Assembly: GCA_965226055.1 (NCBI GenBank)
Contig: CBDDCA010000004.1
Location: forward strand, 128,001 to 192,000
Source of the DNA: Spirochaetia bacterium
Lineage (GTDB): Bacteria; Spirochaetota; Spirochaetia; WTKD01; G963693115
Reading direction: 5' to 3'
DNA: 64,000 bases
Shown: one piece after another, positions 1 to 9,571 of the stretch
Layout of the letters: each line of letters starts with the position of its first letter
Position numbering within the stretch: position 1 is the first letter of the stretch
Notes under the pieces: generated by a model
The model's database searches: none
What the model was told of the DNA's origin: nothing
What the model saw: the letters and a program-made list of their open reading frames with translations, nothing else
Position numbers and translations under genes: made by a program

Positions 1-339
1 GAGTATGCACATATATTGGCAGCTGCAGATCTTGTGCTCAGCCGTGCTGGGACAGGTGCAATTTGGGAATGTATAGTGTTATCACGTCCTACATTACTGC
101 TTCCTTTACCTCACTCTCATTCACGGGGAGATCAAATAGAAAATGCTGCGTATTTTGCAAAAAAAGGAGCAATGATTGATCTTGGAACAGATATGTCTTC
201 TCAAGATATAGTGAAATCTATACAACTATTGCTCTATGACGAGGAAAGACAAAAAGAGTTATCAATGGAATGTCATGCACTGCTCCCTTCTCATAAGAGT
301 GCGGATATTATTGCAGACTATATTGTATCTTGTGTATAA
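1..339 (+). CDS. murG: MurG glycosyltransferase, C-terminal part (5' end outside window)
   Basis: Frame is open from base 1; ADLVLSRAG...E...P...DQIENA motifs of the GT28 C-terminal domain; precedes cvpA as in spirochaetes. Confidence 0.9.
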   Translation, partial: EYAHILAAADLVLSRAGTGAIWECIVLSRPTLLLPLPHSHSRGDQIENAAYFAKKGAMIDLGTDMSSQDIVKSIQLLLYDEERQKELSMECHALLPSHKSADIIADYIVSCV

Positions 340-398
340 TAAATATATTGGTATGTAGTATAGGTTCGCATACATATAATATATAAAGGCGATATAGA

Positions 399-896
399 AT
401 GGGTCAAGTTATAAATTTTTTAATTATTGCTATTTGTCTTTATTTTGCTATAAGAGGGCTATTTTTTGGTTTTGTATCAGGAATATTTTCTTTACTTGCA
501 TATGTCATAAGTTATTTTGCTGCAGTGATGCTTGCTCCTGTGTTGATACAACTTGTAAAAGAGAATATTGCTATAAATGAACTTCTTATTCAGATAATTT
601 CATATGTCGTAATTTTTTTACTATCTTATATTATCATTAAGATTATTGAAATGCAGGTAGCTCGTATTACAAATACTAGTATATTATCAGGATTAAACAG
701 AGTGTCAGGGATTATATTAGGGTTGTTGCAAGGGATAGTGGTAGTAGTATTTATTGATTTTCTTCTACAGGTACAGCCTGTATTTGAATTTTCTTCATTT
801 CTTAATAGTAGCTCTATCCTTATGTACTTGCGTGATATGTCCACTGTAGTACATCAGTACATACGTACTGTTATTCCTTCTACTCCTAGTATATAG
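399..896 (+). CDS. cvpA: CvpA (colicin V production) family membrane protein
   Basis: 4 hydrophobic helices, 'RGLFFGFV' and 'LNRVSGIILGLLQG' patterns. Confidence 0.85.
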   Translation: MGQVINFLIIAICLYFAIRGLFFGFVSGIFSLLAYVISYFAAVMLAPVLIQLVKENIAINELLIQIISYVVIFLLSYIIIKIIEMQVARITNTSILSGLNRVSGIILGLLQGIVVVVFIDFLLQVQPVFEFSSFLNSSSILMYLRDMSTVVHQYIRTVIPSTPSI

Positions 897-2146
897 TGGT
901 ATCTCCAATGTTTGAGTCTATTATAGGGTACAGTGAAATATGTAAACAATGTGCAGAATTTGTACGTACTAACTCTACCCCTTCTGTATTTCTTATATCA
1001 GGAAATCGTTATGCTGGTAAATGTAGTATTGCTCTTGAATTTTCACGCCTGTTGCTTTGTGAAAGAACAACCGAAGAAATATCTTCACAAGCACAGTGTA
1101 TGTGTAATAGCTGTATGCTAGCAAGAAAACAGAATCATCCTGATATTAAAGTGTTAGGAAACCGAAATTTTTCTATTGAGCTTGATGCTGTGTTTAATGC
1201 CTTTATTGCTAATAAACAGGAGCAGACAAGACAGGCTTTGTTACAGGTATTGAGAAAATTGCTTGCAAGAGCAGACTTTATTGTATGGGAAGATACAGAA
1301 GTTTGGTCCTCAGGCATAAAATCTGCAAGTGCAGCTCTGGCTGATCAGTTATACAAGTACGAAACAATGGAAACTGATGAATGGCAACGGCTCTCTGTGA
1401 GTGTGTTTACTGATATATACAAGGCAGCAGTAAAACTTATTCAGTCTTTTCCTGAACAAATGTACACGGTAAAAGGTGTTCGCAATATTATTTCTTGGGC
1501 TAAAGTAAGTTCGCGTAGTAATCTAAAAATAGTAATTTTCGAATATGCTGATAAAATGTCAAGTATGGTCGAAAATATGCTCTTAAAAACATTAGAGGAG
1601 AGTCCACAAAATACTATTTTTTTTGTATTAAGTGATAACCCCTATGCATTGTTAGAGACTACACGTTCACGATTGTTTCATTTATCTGTTCCTCAACGAT
1701 CTATAGCACAGGAATTACAGGTAATTGAACAAATTTTGGGAGTAACACAGGAACAGCTAGATACTAAAAAAATACCCATTAAAACGATACGAGATTTTAT
1801 GCAGCATTTTTCACAATCACAAGGGAATCATGATGTATCTATGTATGCTGATAGGTATTTACATGCTCTTCAACAACACAAGCATTTTGATGCTACATTA
1901 TTAGAATTTCTTCGTGCCACTCATACAAAACAATCAAAGCTGGCTCTGTTTTTTTTGGAAATGATACGTACTAAAATTCATCAATACCTATTTACCTCGC
2001 AGAAATATGCAACAGCATTGCCATTGATATGGAAAACAGTAGAAGAAACATATATAAGAATAGAAAAGTATCATGTATCACCAAAGTATATTTTAGAATC
2101 TCTTTACTATTCATTAGCTCAGTGGTATGAAAAATTTTCTCTCTAA
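896..2146 (+). CDS. holB: DNA polymerase III delta' subunit-like clamp-loader protein
   Basis: FESIIG start, degenerate Walker A (GNRYAGK), Zn cluster C-x-C-x2-C...HPD, NMLLKTLEES and TTRSR motifs. Confidence 0.8.
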   Translation: MVSPMFESIIGYSEICKQCAEFVRTNSTPSVFLISGNRYAGKCSIALEFSRLLLCERTTEEISSQAQCMCNSCMLARKQNHPDIKVLGNRNFSIELDAVFNAFIANKQEQTRQALLQVLRKLLARADFIVWEDTEVWSSGIKSASAALADQLYKYETMETDEWQRLSVSVFTDIYKAAVKLIQSFPEQMYTVKGVRNIISWAKVSSRSNLKIVIFEYADKMSSMVENMLLKTLEESPQNTIFFVLSDNPYALLETTRSRLFHLSVPQRSIAQELQVIEQILGVTQEQLDTKKIPIKTIRDFMQHFSQSQGNHDVSMYADRYLHALQQHKHFDATLLEFLRATHTKQSKLALFFLEMIRTKIHQYLFTSQKYATALPLIWKTVEETYIRIEKYHVSPKYILESLYYSLAQWYEKFSL

Positions 2147-3320
2147 AGCAAAACGTACTCTTTCAAAATTAGATAATCAACAGATTATAGAATTGTACTC
2201 TAATGTGCTAGGTGAACAGAGTAATATTGATAGTTTATTTCAGTCTTTACCAGAATTATTTATTATCTATGATATAACGGGGAGGATACTATTTTATAGT
2301 AATCATTTGTTAGATCGCTACGGGTTTGTAAAACGGATAAAAGGAAAATACATATGGGATGCTCTTATCAATACTCAGTTATCTGAAAAAATACAAAAGG
2401 CACTTAAAAATAATGAAGATGTAGATGAAGTATTACTCGTAAAACATGACTCTAAAAGTGATGAAATGTATCACACACGGTTTCGTACTTTACCGTTTGT
2501 GCAAGAAAAAAAAATTACAGGAACAATACTCATTGTTTCTGATTATACTGCAGAAAAACAGTATATTGAAGATATATTGCGTTTTGGGAGGATATCTTCA
2601 ATGTCCGATATATCAAGTGGCATTGCCCATGAGATAAGAAACCCTCTTGCTGCTATTGGACTGCATTTACACTTAATACAGAAAGAAATTGATCGCATAT
2701 CAAAACAAAATCCTACTATTGAAACAGAAAAACTTACACGATATACAAAAATTATTGAAGAAGAATGTCAGTCTATGGATGATGTTGTAAGTTTCTTTTT
2801 GTATAATACAAAGAAAGAGTCATTTGATGTGGATATGACAGATATCAATAGTCTTATTCGATCAGTGTTAGAGTTAATCGTCCCTGAATGTGAGCAAAAG
2901 AATATACATGTTTATACGCAATTAAGTGATGGAGAAGCGTTTGTTCTTATTGCTCCATCGGCAATACGGCATGTATTACTAAATTTGATAAAGAATGCAA
3001 TGGATGCTATGACACAAGAAGATACAAATGACAAAGCCTCAAAAGATATTACCATAGGGAGTAGAGTAAAAGATAATATAGTACAGGTATGTGTTGCTGA
3101 TACAGGGAAAGGGATAGACAAAAGCATTAAAGATAAAATTTTTAATGCCTATTTTACTACAAAGGACGATGGTACTGGTATTGGATTAGCTATTGTAGAA
3201 AAAATTATGGAGCTTCATAAAGGAAAGATATATCTTGATACGCAATATAAAAAAGGAGCTTGTTTTGTATTAGAGTTTCCAGCCTATGCAAAATATTTTT
3301 TACAGAAAGAATCTTCTTAG
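2127..3320 (+). CDS. PAS-domain sensor histidine kinase (Hk2/NtrB-like)
   Basis: H-box AHEIRNPL, N-box NLIKNA, G1 DTGKGI, FTTK, G2 GTGIGL; directly upstream of a sigma54 response regulator. Confidence 0.92.
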   Translation: MKNFLSKAKRTLSKLDNQQIIELYSNVLGEQSNIDSLFQSLPELFIIYDITGRILFYSNHLLDRYGFVKRIKGKYIWDALINTQLSEKIQKALKNNEDVDEVLLVKHDSKSDEMYHTRFRTLPFVQEKKITGTILIVSDYTAEKQYIEDILRFGRISSMSDISSGIAHEIRNPLAAIGLHLHLIQKEIDRISKQNPTIETEKLTRYTKIIEEECQSMDDVVSFFLYNTKKESFDVDMTDINSLIRSVLELIVPECEQKNIHVYTQLSDGEAFVLIAPSAIRHVLLNLIKNAMDAMTQEDTNDKASKDITIGSRVKDNIVQVCVADTGKGIDKSIKDKIFNAYFTTKDDGTGIGLAIVEKIMELHKGKIYLDTQYKKGACFVLEFPAYAKYFLQKESS

Positions 3321-3396
3321 TCTACATTATACACAAAACAGTGCTATAATAAGAGTACGGTGTAAGTAATATATGCTACTCCTATGAAACATAAGT

Positions 3397-4743
3397 ATGA
3401 AATTTAGAATTCTTATAGCAGATGATGAAGTGAATCTCAGAGCAGGCCTTATAGAAGTACTAAGTAGTGATTACGAGGTGCAAGGAGTTGCCAATGGAAA
3501 AGAAGCAATACAAAAGCTGTCTGAGGAAGAGTTTGATCTAGTATTATCAGATGTCAAAATGTCTCCAGTATCAGGAGAGGCACTGTTAAATCATATTATA
3601 ACAAACTATTCTACTATACCAGTTATTATGTTTACTGGACATGGAACAGTAAAAAATGCAGTAGATGCAATGCACAGGGGAGCTTTTGATTATATTAGTA
3701 AGCCTATCAATATACAGCATTTACAACAGCTTATTCGTCGTGCTTTGCAAAATCGTAATGTATCATTGAAAAATAGAGCGATAGATGAAGAGCTAGCACA
3801 GCTAAGCGAACAACTTCATTTTATTACTAAGAATAAAAGAATGCTTCAGTTATTGGATAATATAAAGTTGATTGCGCCTACTAATTCTGTTGTCTTACTG
3901 ACAGGAGAAAGCGGAGTAGGGAAAGAGATTCTTTGTAATCGTATTCATAAGTTATCCGATAGGAGTAATAAGCCCATAGTCTTCGTGCATTGTGCGGCAT
4001 TATCCGAATCGTTGCTTGAGAGCGAGCTATTTGGTCACGAAAAAGGAGCATTTACTGGTGCTATTGCACAACGTAAAGGGCGCTTTGAGCTTGCAGACGG
4101 AGGGACTATATTTTTAGATGAAATAGGGGAGATAGATAAAAACCTTCAAGTGAAACTTTTACGTGTCTTGCAAGAAAAAAGTTTTGAGCGTGTAGGAGGA
4201 GAAGAATCTATTAGTGTTGATGTGAGGATTATTGCTGCAACTAATAGAAATTTACGACAGGAAGTTGAAAACGGTAATTTTAGAGAAGATTTGTACTATC
4301 GTTTAAGTGTCATTCATATTGAAGTGCCTTCTTTGAGTGACAGGCCTGAAGATGTACTACTATATGCACAACATTTTTTGCAGCAATTTTTAGTGTTATA
4401 CAATAAACAACACATACAGGGATTTTCAAAAAAAGTACTTCTCATTTTTACGAAGTATCATTGGCCAGGAAACATACGTGAATTACGTAATTGTGTAGAA
4501 CGAGCTGTTATTATTGCTCGTTCTAAGATAATCAATGTAGAGGATCTTCCTAATGAAATTCGTGAAGAAAGAGGAGCTCGTCATATAGAGTTTTCGTTAG
4601 GGATGCGTCTTGAAGAAGTAGAAAGGCTGTATATACAGCGGATGCTTGATTATTTTGATGGTAATAAAAGTGAAACTGCAAAAGCACTAGGTATTGGACG
4701 CAAGACACTTCATAATAAAATCAATAAGTATAATTTATTGTAG
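3397..4743 (+). CDS. Sigma54-dependent response regulator (NtrC/Rrp2-like)
   Basis: Receiver domain (ADDE...D...K), Walker A GESGVGKE, ESELFGHEKGAFTGA, FLDEIGE, WPGNIREL, C-terminal Fis-type HTH. Confidence 0.95.
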   Translation: MKFRILIADDEVNLRAGLIEVLSSDYEVQGVANGKEAIQKLSEEEFDLVLSDVKMSPVSGEALLNHIITNYSTIPVIMFTGHGTVKNAVDAMHRGAFDYISKPINIQHLQQLIRRALQNRNVSLKNRAIDEELAQLSEQLHFITKNKRMLQLLDNIKLIAPTNSVVLLTGESGVGKEILCNRIHKLSDRSNKPIVFVHCAALSESLLESELFGHEKGAFTGAIAQRKGRFELADGGTIFLDEIGEIDKNLQVKLLRVLQEKSFERVGGEESISVDVRIIAATNRNLRQEVENGNFREDLYYRLSVIHIEVPSLSDRPEDVLLYAQHFLQQFLVLYNKQHIQGFSKKVLLIFTKYHWPGNIRELRNCVERAVIIARSKIINVEDLPNEIREERGARHIEFSLGMRLEEVERLYIQRMLDYFDGNKSETAKALGIGRKTLHNKINKYNLL

Positions 4744-4773
4744 GAGATACAGTATCTTTTTTGCTAAGGAGGA

Positions 4774-4800
4774 AGAGCTGTCCTTATAGCAAACAGCTCT
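4774..4800. terminator. Hairpin between the convergent response regulator and ssb genes
   Basis: agagctgt ... acagctct inverted repeat in the 77-bp gap between convergent genes. Confidence 0.5.
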
Positions 4801-4820
4801 CCAGATATTAGAGTCAGCTC

Positions 4821-5240
4821 TTAAAAAGACACTTCCTCAACTTCAGTGTTTCCTTGAACTTGCGACTCAGCTTCAAAGTTTTGGTTTTCTTGTTCTTTGC
4901 TGTTACTGCTCTGCTTTTTTTTAGGGAAAAAATCAGCGTGTTCCCCAATGACTTTTATGGTCTGTCGTGCATTATCATTGGCATCTTTCCAACGTTCCTG
5001 TTTCAGCCTGCCAACAATTCTAATGCCATTGCCTTTATGTAAATATTTTGCGCAATTTTCAGCGGTTTTTCCCCAGAACTCAATTTGAAAAAATGAAGTC
5101 TCTTGGATATTTACATCATCTTTTTTATAGAATCTATTGCAGCCTATGGAAAAAGTACATAGACTTTTTGATTCAATTTGTTTTAGTGTAGGATCTTGAG
5201 TAAGATGTCCTTCTAATAGTACAGAATTTAAGTTATTCAT
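4821..5240 (-). CDS. ssb: Single-stranded DNA-binding protein
   Basis: LNSVLLEGHLTQDP, WGKTAE, GRLKQERW OB-fold motifs; acidic C-terminus EEVSF; GGAGG RBS. Confidence 0.92.
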   Translation of the reverse strand: MNNLNSVLLEGHLTQDPTLKQIESKSLCTFSIGCNRFYKKDDVNIQETSFFQIEFWGKTAENCAKYLHKGNGIRIVGRLKQERWKDANDNARQTIKVIGEHADFFPKKKQSSNSKEQENQNFEAESQVQGNTEVEEVSF

Positions 5241-5328
5241 GTAACCTCCTTATATAGAGTAATATATGTATTTCTTGCTTTTGATTGAAAAAATCAATAA
5301 AAAATAAGAAAATACAGTACAATGAAAT

Positions 5329-5784
5329 ATGCAAAGAAAAGACAATAGCAATGCTCTATTACACTATAGAGTAACAATGCAAGTACGAGATTACGAATGT
5401 GATACACAGGGAGTAGTGAACAATGCAGTGTATCTTAACTATTTAGAGCATGCACGAAATCAGCTTTTTTGGAATAAAGGGCTTTCTTTGACAGATTTAC
5501 ATGCTATAGGGGAAGATCCTGTTGTTGCAAAAATTGAAGTACAATATATGCGTTCTTTACATGCACGGTCCTATTTTTATGTTGATACTCAGGTGGAAAC
5601 AAAAGGGAATTTTAAGCTCCTCTTTCATCAAACAATACTAAAAGGATCATCACAGCAAAGAGAACAGGAGGCTAATGATATAGAATCGATAGTACACGCA
5701 AAGGCTATCGTTACTGTGGCTGTACTACAGCAAGGGAGTCCAACACGGATAAAAAATACAACATTATACACTGCACTTGTGTAG
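5329..5784 (+). CDS. Acyl-CoA thioesterase (4HBT/YbgC family)
   Basis: VRDYECDTQGVVNNAVYLNYLEHAR signature. Confidence 0.9.
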   Translation: MQRKDNSNALLHYRVTMQVRDYECDTQGVVNNAVYLNYLEHARNQLFWNKGLSLTDLHAIGEDPVVAKIEVQYMRSLHARSYFYVDTQVETKGNFKLLFHQTILKGSSQQREQEANDIESIVHAKAIVTVAVLQQGSPTRIKNTTLYTALV

Positions 5785-5815
5785 CTGTGTATCTGCTCTA
5801 TTGTGTATTGTGTCC

Positions 5816-6319
5816 TTAAGATTTACAGCCACATGAGCCACCACAGCCACACCCTTGATTTTCATCAGGCACTGTAATATTGGTGATAGTGGCAGTAAAA
5901 AATAACTCTTTTCCCGCTAAAGGATGATTGCCATCTACTGTTATCAGATCATTTTCCACTGCAGTAATAGTCATCTGTGTATTGTTGATAGAGACAGTGT
6001 TTCCTACTGTAATTTGGTAGTCAGCAGGAAAAGAATTGCGAGGAAGTACATGTACTAAACGGGAGTCCTTCTCTCCATATGCTTCGCCTGCAGGAATGCT
6101 AAAGGTTCGTGTCTCTCCCACAACTGCCCCTTCAAGATTTTTTTCTAAACCGGGAATTGCATCACCAAAGCCAGCGAGGAATGTGTATTCTCCACTATGC
6201 TCCGAGCTTCCCAATATAGTATTATCTTTATCAGCAAAAGAGTACTCTATACTGATGCTGTAGCCTTGTTCTACTTGCAATGTGTTTTGTGATATGTTTT
6301 GTTGCATTTCGTTACTCAT
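5816..6319 (-). CDS. slyD: FKBP-type peptidyl-prolyl isomerase SlyD
   Basis: IPGLEKNL, EAYG, VDGNHPLAGKELFF; Cys/Gly-rich metal-binding tail GCGCGGSCGC. Confidence 0.92.
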   Translation of the reverse strand: MSNEMQQNISQNTLQVEQGYSISIEYSFADKDNTILGSSEHSGEYTFLAGFGDAIPGLEKNLEGAVVGETRTFSIPAGEAYGEKDSRLVHVLPRNSFPADYQITVGNTVSINNTQMTITAVENDLITVDGNHPLAGKELFFTATITNITVPDENQGCGCGGSCGCKS

Positions 6320-6394
6320 AACGATATATATTGTAGTACAAATTGTTTTTTTTTGCTATTGTAGTTTTTGTGTTTTTATGGTATATTTTTAAGT

Positions 6395-7750
6395 ATGAGT
6401 ACCTATAGCATACATTTAGAGAATTTGAGGGCTATTAAAAAAGCTGATATACAACTGAAGGGTATTACAGTGCTAGCAGGACCAAATAGTTCTGGCAAGA
6501 GTACTATCTCTAAGTTTTTTTATCATTTCATAGGCTCTGTAATGAATTTTGAAAGGAAAGAATTATTTGATTTTTTTAGTTTGCTGCGTAAGATTGACAC
6601 AAGTATACACAGATTTTTGTTACGAGTTGAAGATGAAAAGGTAGCTGGTAATGAGAAATTAAAGGTATATCTTAAATCATGGCAATCTCTTGTTATAATT
6701 TTCAGAGATATTGGAGAGAATAAGGAAAATAAGGATATTAATTATTTTATTGATTGTATAGATACAGAATTAAATAAGTGGATAGAGGCTATAAAGAGTA
6801 TTGTTTATTTTATGCAAACATTAGATATAGATGATTTGGACATTTTTGATGAGTTTAGTAGTGTATTTACAAGAGAAGAAAGAAAAAGAATGATTCAGAG
6901 TGATAATGATATAAGTATTGATACCATAGTTGAATTGCTGATTACTATAATCAAGGATAAGTATAAGCACAGAAAAGAAAATATAAAAGAAAGATCAGAA
7001 GATACTCTTCGTTCTATGGTCAATAAAAGATTACATATTCCAATATCCGATAACTATTTCTATGATATACAAAAAAATAATCATTCTCTAAAACGAAATG
7101 GAAAGGTAGAGGATATGCAGGAGTGTAATATTACTTATATTATACCAACACATGATATGGAGAATAGAAGAGAAATGTCAGGATATTGGCCACAAGAAGA
7201 AAAAGAACACGTTACTCCTTCTGAGGATAGTAGTATATATTCTTTATTTGTGTCAGATACATTCTTAGGAGGAGATGTAAAAAAACAAGGTGATAATAAA
7301 TTACAGTATATTCAAAAATATCATCCATATCCTTTTTCTTTAGAAGATTGTGCGTCGGGAGTAAATTCAGTAGCACAGCTATTTTTAGCGTATAAGGAAG
7401 GGGGGAAGTTTGAGAAAGATGATATTGTTATTATTGATGAACCAGAGGTGCATTTACATCCAGCATGGATAGTAGAATATGCAAAGATCATTGTAGCTCT
7501 ACGTAAGGAGACAGAGGCTATTTTTCTTATTGCTACTCATAGTCCTTCTATGGTGTCTGCTCTTAAGTATATATCTGAAGCGAAGGATATGGATATAGGG
7601 GATGAGGTACTTTTTTATCTATCAAAGAAAGTAGAGGATGATCCTGATACATATGAGTTTACATCACAAGATCAGGATATTGATGAAATATATGGTTCTT
7701 TTAATGAATTTATGGATAGAATAGATGACATACAGAATGAAAAAGAATAA
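6395..7750 (+). CDS. ABC-type (AAA_15/AAA_21-like) ATPase, candidate defence component
   Basis: Walker A GPNSSGKST, signature ASG, Walker B IIDEPEVHLHP, H-loop ATHSP; start moved to ATG 6395 behind an extended -10. Confidence 0.85.
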   Translation: MSTYSIHLENLRAIKKADIQLKGITVLAGPNSSGKSTISKFFYHFIGSVMNFERKELFDFFSLLRKIDTSIHRFLLRVEDEKVAGNEKLKVYLKSWQSLVIIFRDIGENKENKDINYFIDCIDTELNKWIEAIKSIVYFMQTLDIDDLDIFDEFSSVFTREERKRMIQSDNDISIDTIVELLITIIKDKYKHRKENIKERSEDTLRSMVNKRLHIPISDNYFYDIQKNNHSLKRNGKVEDMQECNITYIIPTHDMENRREMSGYWPQEEKEHVTPSEDSSIYSLFVSDTFLGGDVKKQGDNKLQYIQKYHPYPFSLEDCASGVNSVAQLFLAYKEGGKFEKDDIVIIDEPEVHLHPAWIVEYAKIIVALRKETEAIFLIATHSPSMVSALKYISEAKDMDIGDEVLFYLSKKVEDDPDTYEFTSQDQDIDEIYGSFNEFMDRIDDIQNEKE

Positions 7751-8339
7751 AAACAAAGCTGAAGATTGTGAAGGAAAAGACTGGAAGTATTCTCATGCAG
7801 TGACTACAAGCCATTCTCTTTTTAAAAAATATTGTTGTTGTAAAGAGCCTAACGGTACTAGCTATTGTAAATGTTGTCGTAAGTCTATCAAAGTTATAAA
7901 TTCTATTGATAATATTATTGAGAAGGATTATAAAAAGCATAAAAAAATATTTGATAAGCATAGAGGCATTGATGGTGATAAATTAGAAGAAATAATAAAT
8001 CCAGCAAAACAAGACCCATCAGTAGATCTAATTATAGGATTAAAAGGAAGAGAAAATAACGATAAAAGATTATTGTTTATTGAATGTAAATTTAAAGAAG
8101 GAAAACCATGGGCAAAATCAGGTAAAGATTGTAAAGGATATAGGGCAAAATATGATAAATATGATAAAATCAAACCTTTATTAGTTAGTGAAATCCGTGT
8201 ATGTAAAAGATATATAATACTGTGTAACAATGAGGGGCGTCAAGTAAACTATTCTAAACAAGAAGAAAATATAGGAGAAGAAAAGTACCTTCTTTGTTTT
8301 TATTCTCCTAAAAGACTATATGACAAGTATTTTAAGTAA
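7737..8339 (+). CDS. Hypothetical protein with PD-(D/E)xK nuclease-like motif and Cys-rich N-terminus
   Basis: SVDLIIG...LLFIECKF motif; YCCCK...YCKCCR; start overlaps ATPase stop. Confidence 0.55.
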   Translation: MKKNKNKAEDCEGKDWKYSHAVTTSHSLFKKYCCCKEPNGTSYCKCCRKSIKVINSIDNIIEKDYKKHKKIFDKHRGIDGDKLEEIINPAKQDPSVDLIIGLKGRENNDKRLLFIECKFKEGKPWAKSGKDCKGYRAKYDKYDKIKPLLVSEIRVCKRYIILCNNEGRQVNYSKQEENIGEEKYLLCFYSPKRLYDKYFK

Positions 8340-8364
8340 TAGCCCTCTATATTTCTCCCCATAG

Positions 8365-9567
8365 CTACACCAAACCCTCCCGTTCATCAAATCCATAGTA
8401 TATATTAAAATTTTGTACTGCTTGCCCTGCAGCTCCTTTCCATAGGTTATCTATGGCACAGTGCAGTATAATACTGTTATCTTCGCAATGTGCGTATATA
8501 AGTGCAGTATTGGTGTTGCGTACATCTGCTGTCCCATGCATGATAGCAGTATGCTCTTCCTGTACCTGTACAAAATGCTCACCTACATATTGTGCATGCA
8601 GAGCCTCCTTTGCTCGTATGCTTTCTTTCTTTGATGACAATGGCACTGCAATAGTAGTAAACATGCCTTGAATGATGGGGGCAAGATGGGGACTAAACAC
8701 AAAGGAGCAGGGTGTTTCATTATCTGCCATCATGTGTTGTATGCACTGTTGTATTTCTGGTACATGACGATGCTGTAATCCTGATGCATATGCAGATATG
8801 TTTTCTTGGCGTTCACAGAACAGTAAATTTTGTGTTACTGTACGACCTGCTCCTGATATACCCGATATTGAATGAATATGGATAAGTCCTTCTACTGTAC
8901 AGTTTCTGATAACAGGCAGAAGAGGAAGCAATGCCGATGTAGGATAACAACCAGGGTTGGCAATAATAGGAGTTCTCGTATGCATGATATTGCCGTGTCG
9001 ACTATTACTAGCACTGTTTTTTATATTTGTACGATACCATTCGCTCAGTCCATATACTGCCGTTCGAAGTAGCTGTGGCTGAGGATGCTTATTTTTGTAG
9101 TACTGGGCATACAGTTCACCCTCTTTAAGACGAAAATCTGCAGAAAGATCTATTATGAGAGCTTTGGCATGAGAGCTATTTTCTGTTGCCGCGGTACTTT
9201 GCGAGCTTTTTTTGTCATCAGGGAGTTGTTGGAGAGGGAGAGAAGTAGCTGCTTTGTTTGTAGTACCAGAAAGAGCATAGAGGGTATGTATGTGCTGTGC
9301 CAATATGCCGTGAGGGAGACAGGAAAATACAGCAGAGTATGTAGTGTCAATGGTTTTTCCTAATATATCACGCGTAGAAACATACCGTTGTTGGTTATCA
9401 ATTTTTTCTAATAATGAAGTATCAAGAGAAGGAGAAAAAGCCTGTACGGGCGTTCCAGTAGCACTGTCTGAACTCACAGTTATGGTCTGTACATGGGGAT
9501 GACGCAATAACAAGCCTAATAATGTTGAACCTACATAGCCACGTGCTCCTAATAATAAAATATGCAT
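8365..9567 (-). CDS. argC: N-acetyl-gamma-glutamyl-phosphate reductase
   Basis: GARGYVG Rossmann motif, LPHG, IIDLSADFRL, IANPGCYPT, SGISGAG, DNLWKGAAGQAVQN; start trimmed to MHILLLG. Confidence 0.95.
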   Translation of the reverse strand: MHILLLGARGYVGSTLLGLLLRHPHVQTITVSSDSATGTPVQAFSPSLDTSLLEKIDNQQRYVSTRDILGKTIDTTYSAVFSCLPHGILAQHIHTLYALSGTTNKAATSLPLQQLPDDKKSSQSTAATENSSHAKALIIDLSADFRLKEGELYAQYYKNKHPQPQLLRTAVYGLSEWYRTNIKNSASNSRHGNIMHTRTPIIANPGCYPTSALLPLLPVIRNCTVEGLIHIHSISGISGAGRTVTQNLLFCERQENISAYASGLQHRHVPEIQQCIQHMMADNETPCSFVFSPHLAPIIQGMFTTIAVPLSSKKESIRAKEALHAQYVGEHFVQVQEEHTAIMHGTADVRNTNTALIYAHCEDNSIILHCAIDNLWKGAAGQAVQNFNIYYGFDEREGLV

Positions 9568-9571
9568 AATA

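Noticed and set aside
6346-6354. T9 tract in the slyD/ATPase divergent promoter region as a phase switch
   Set aside because: Short for an AT-rich genome and outside the ATPase -35/-10 spacer
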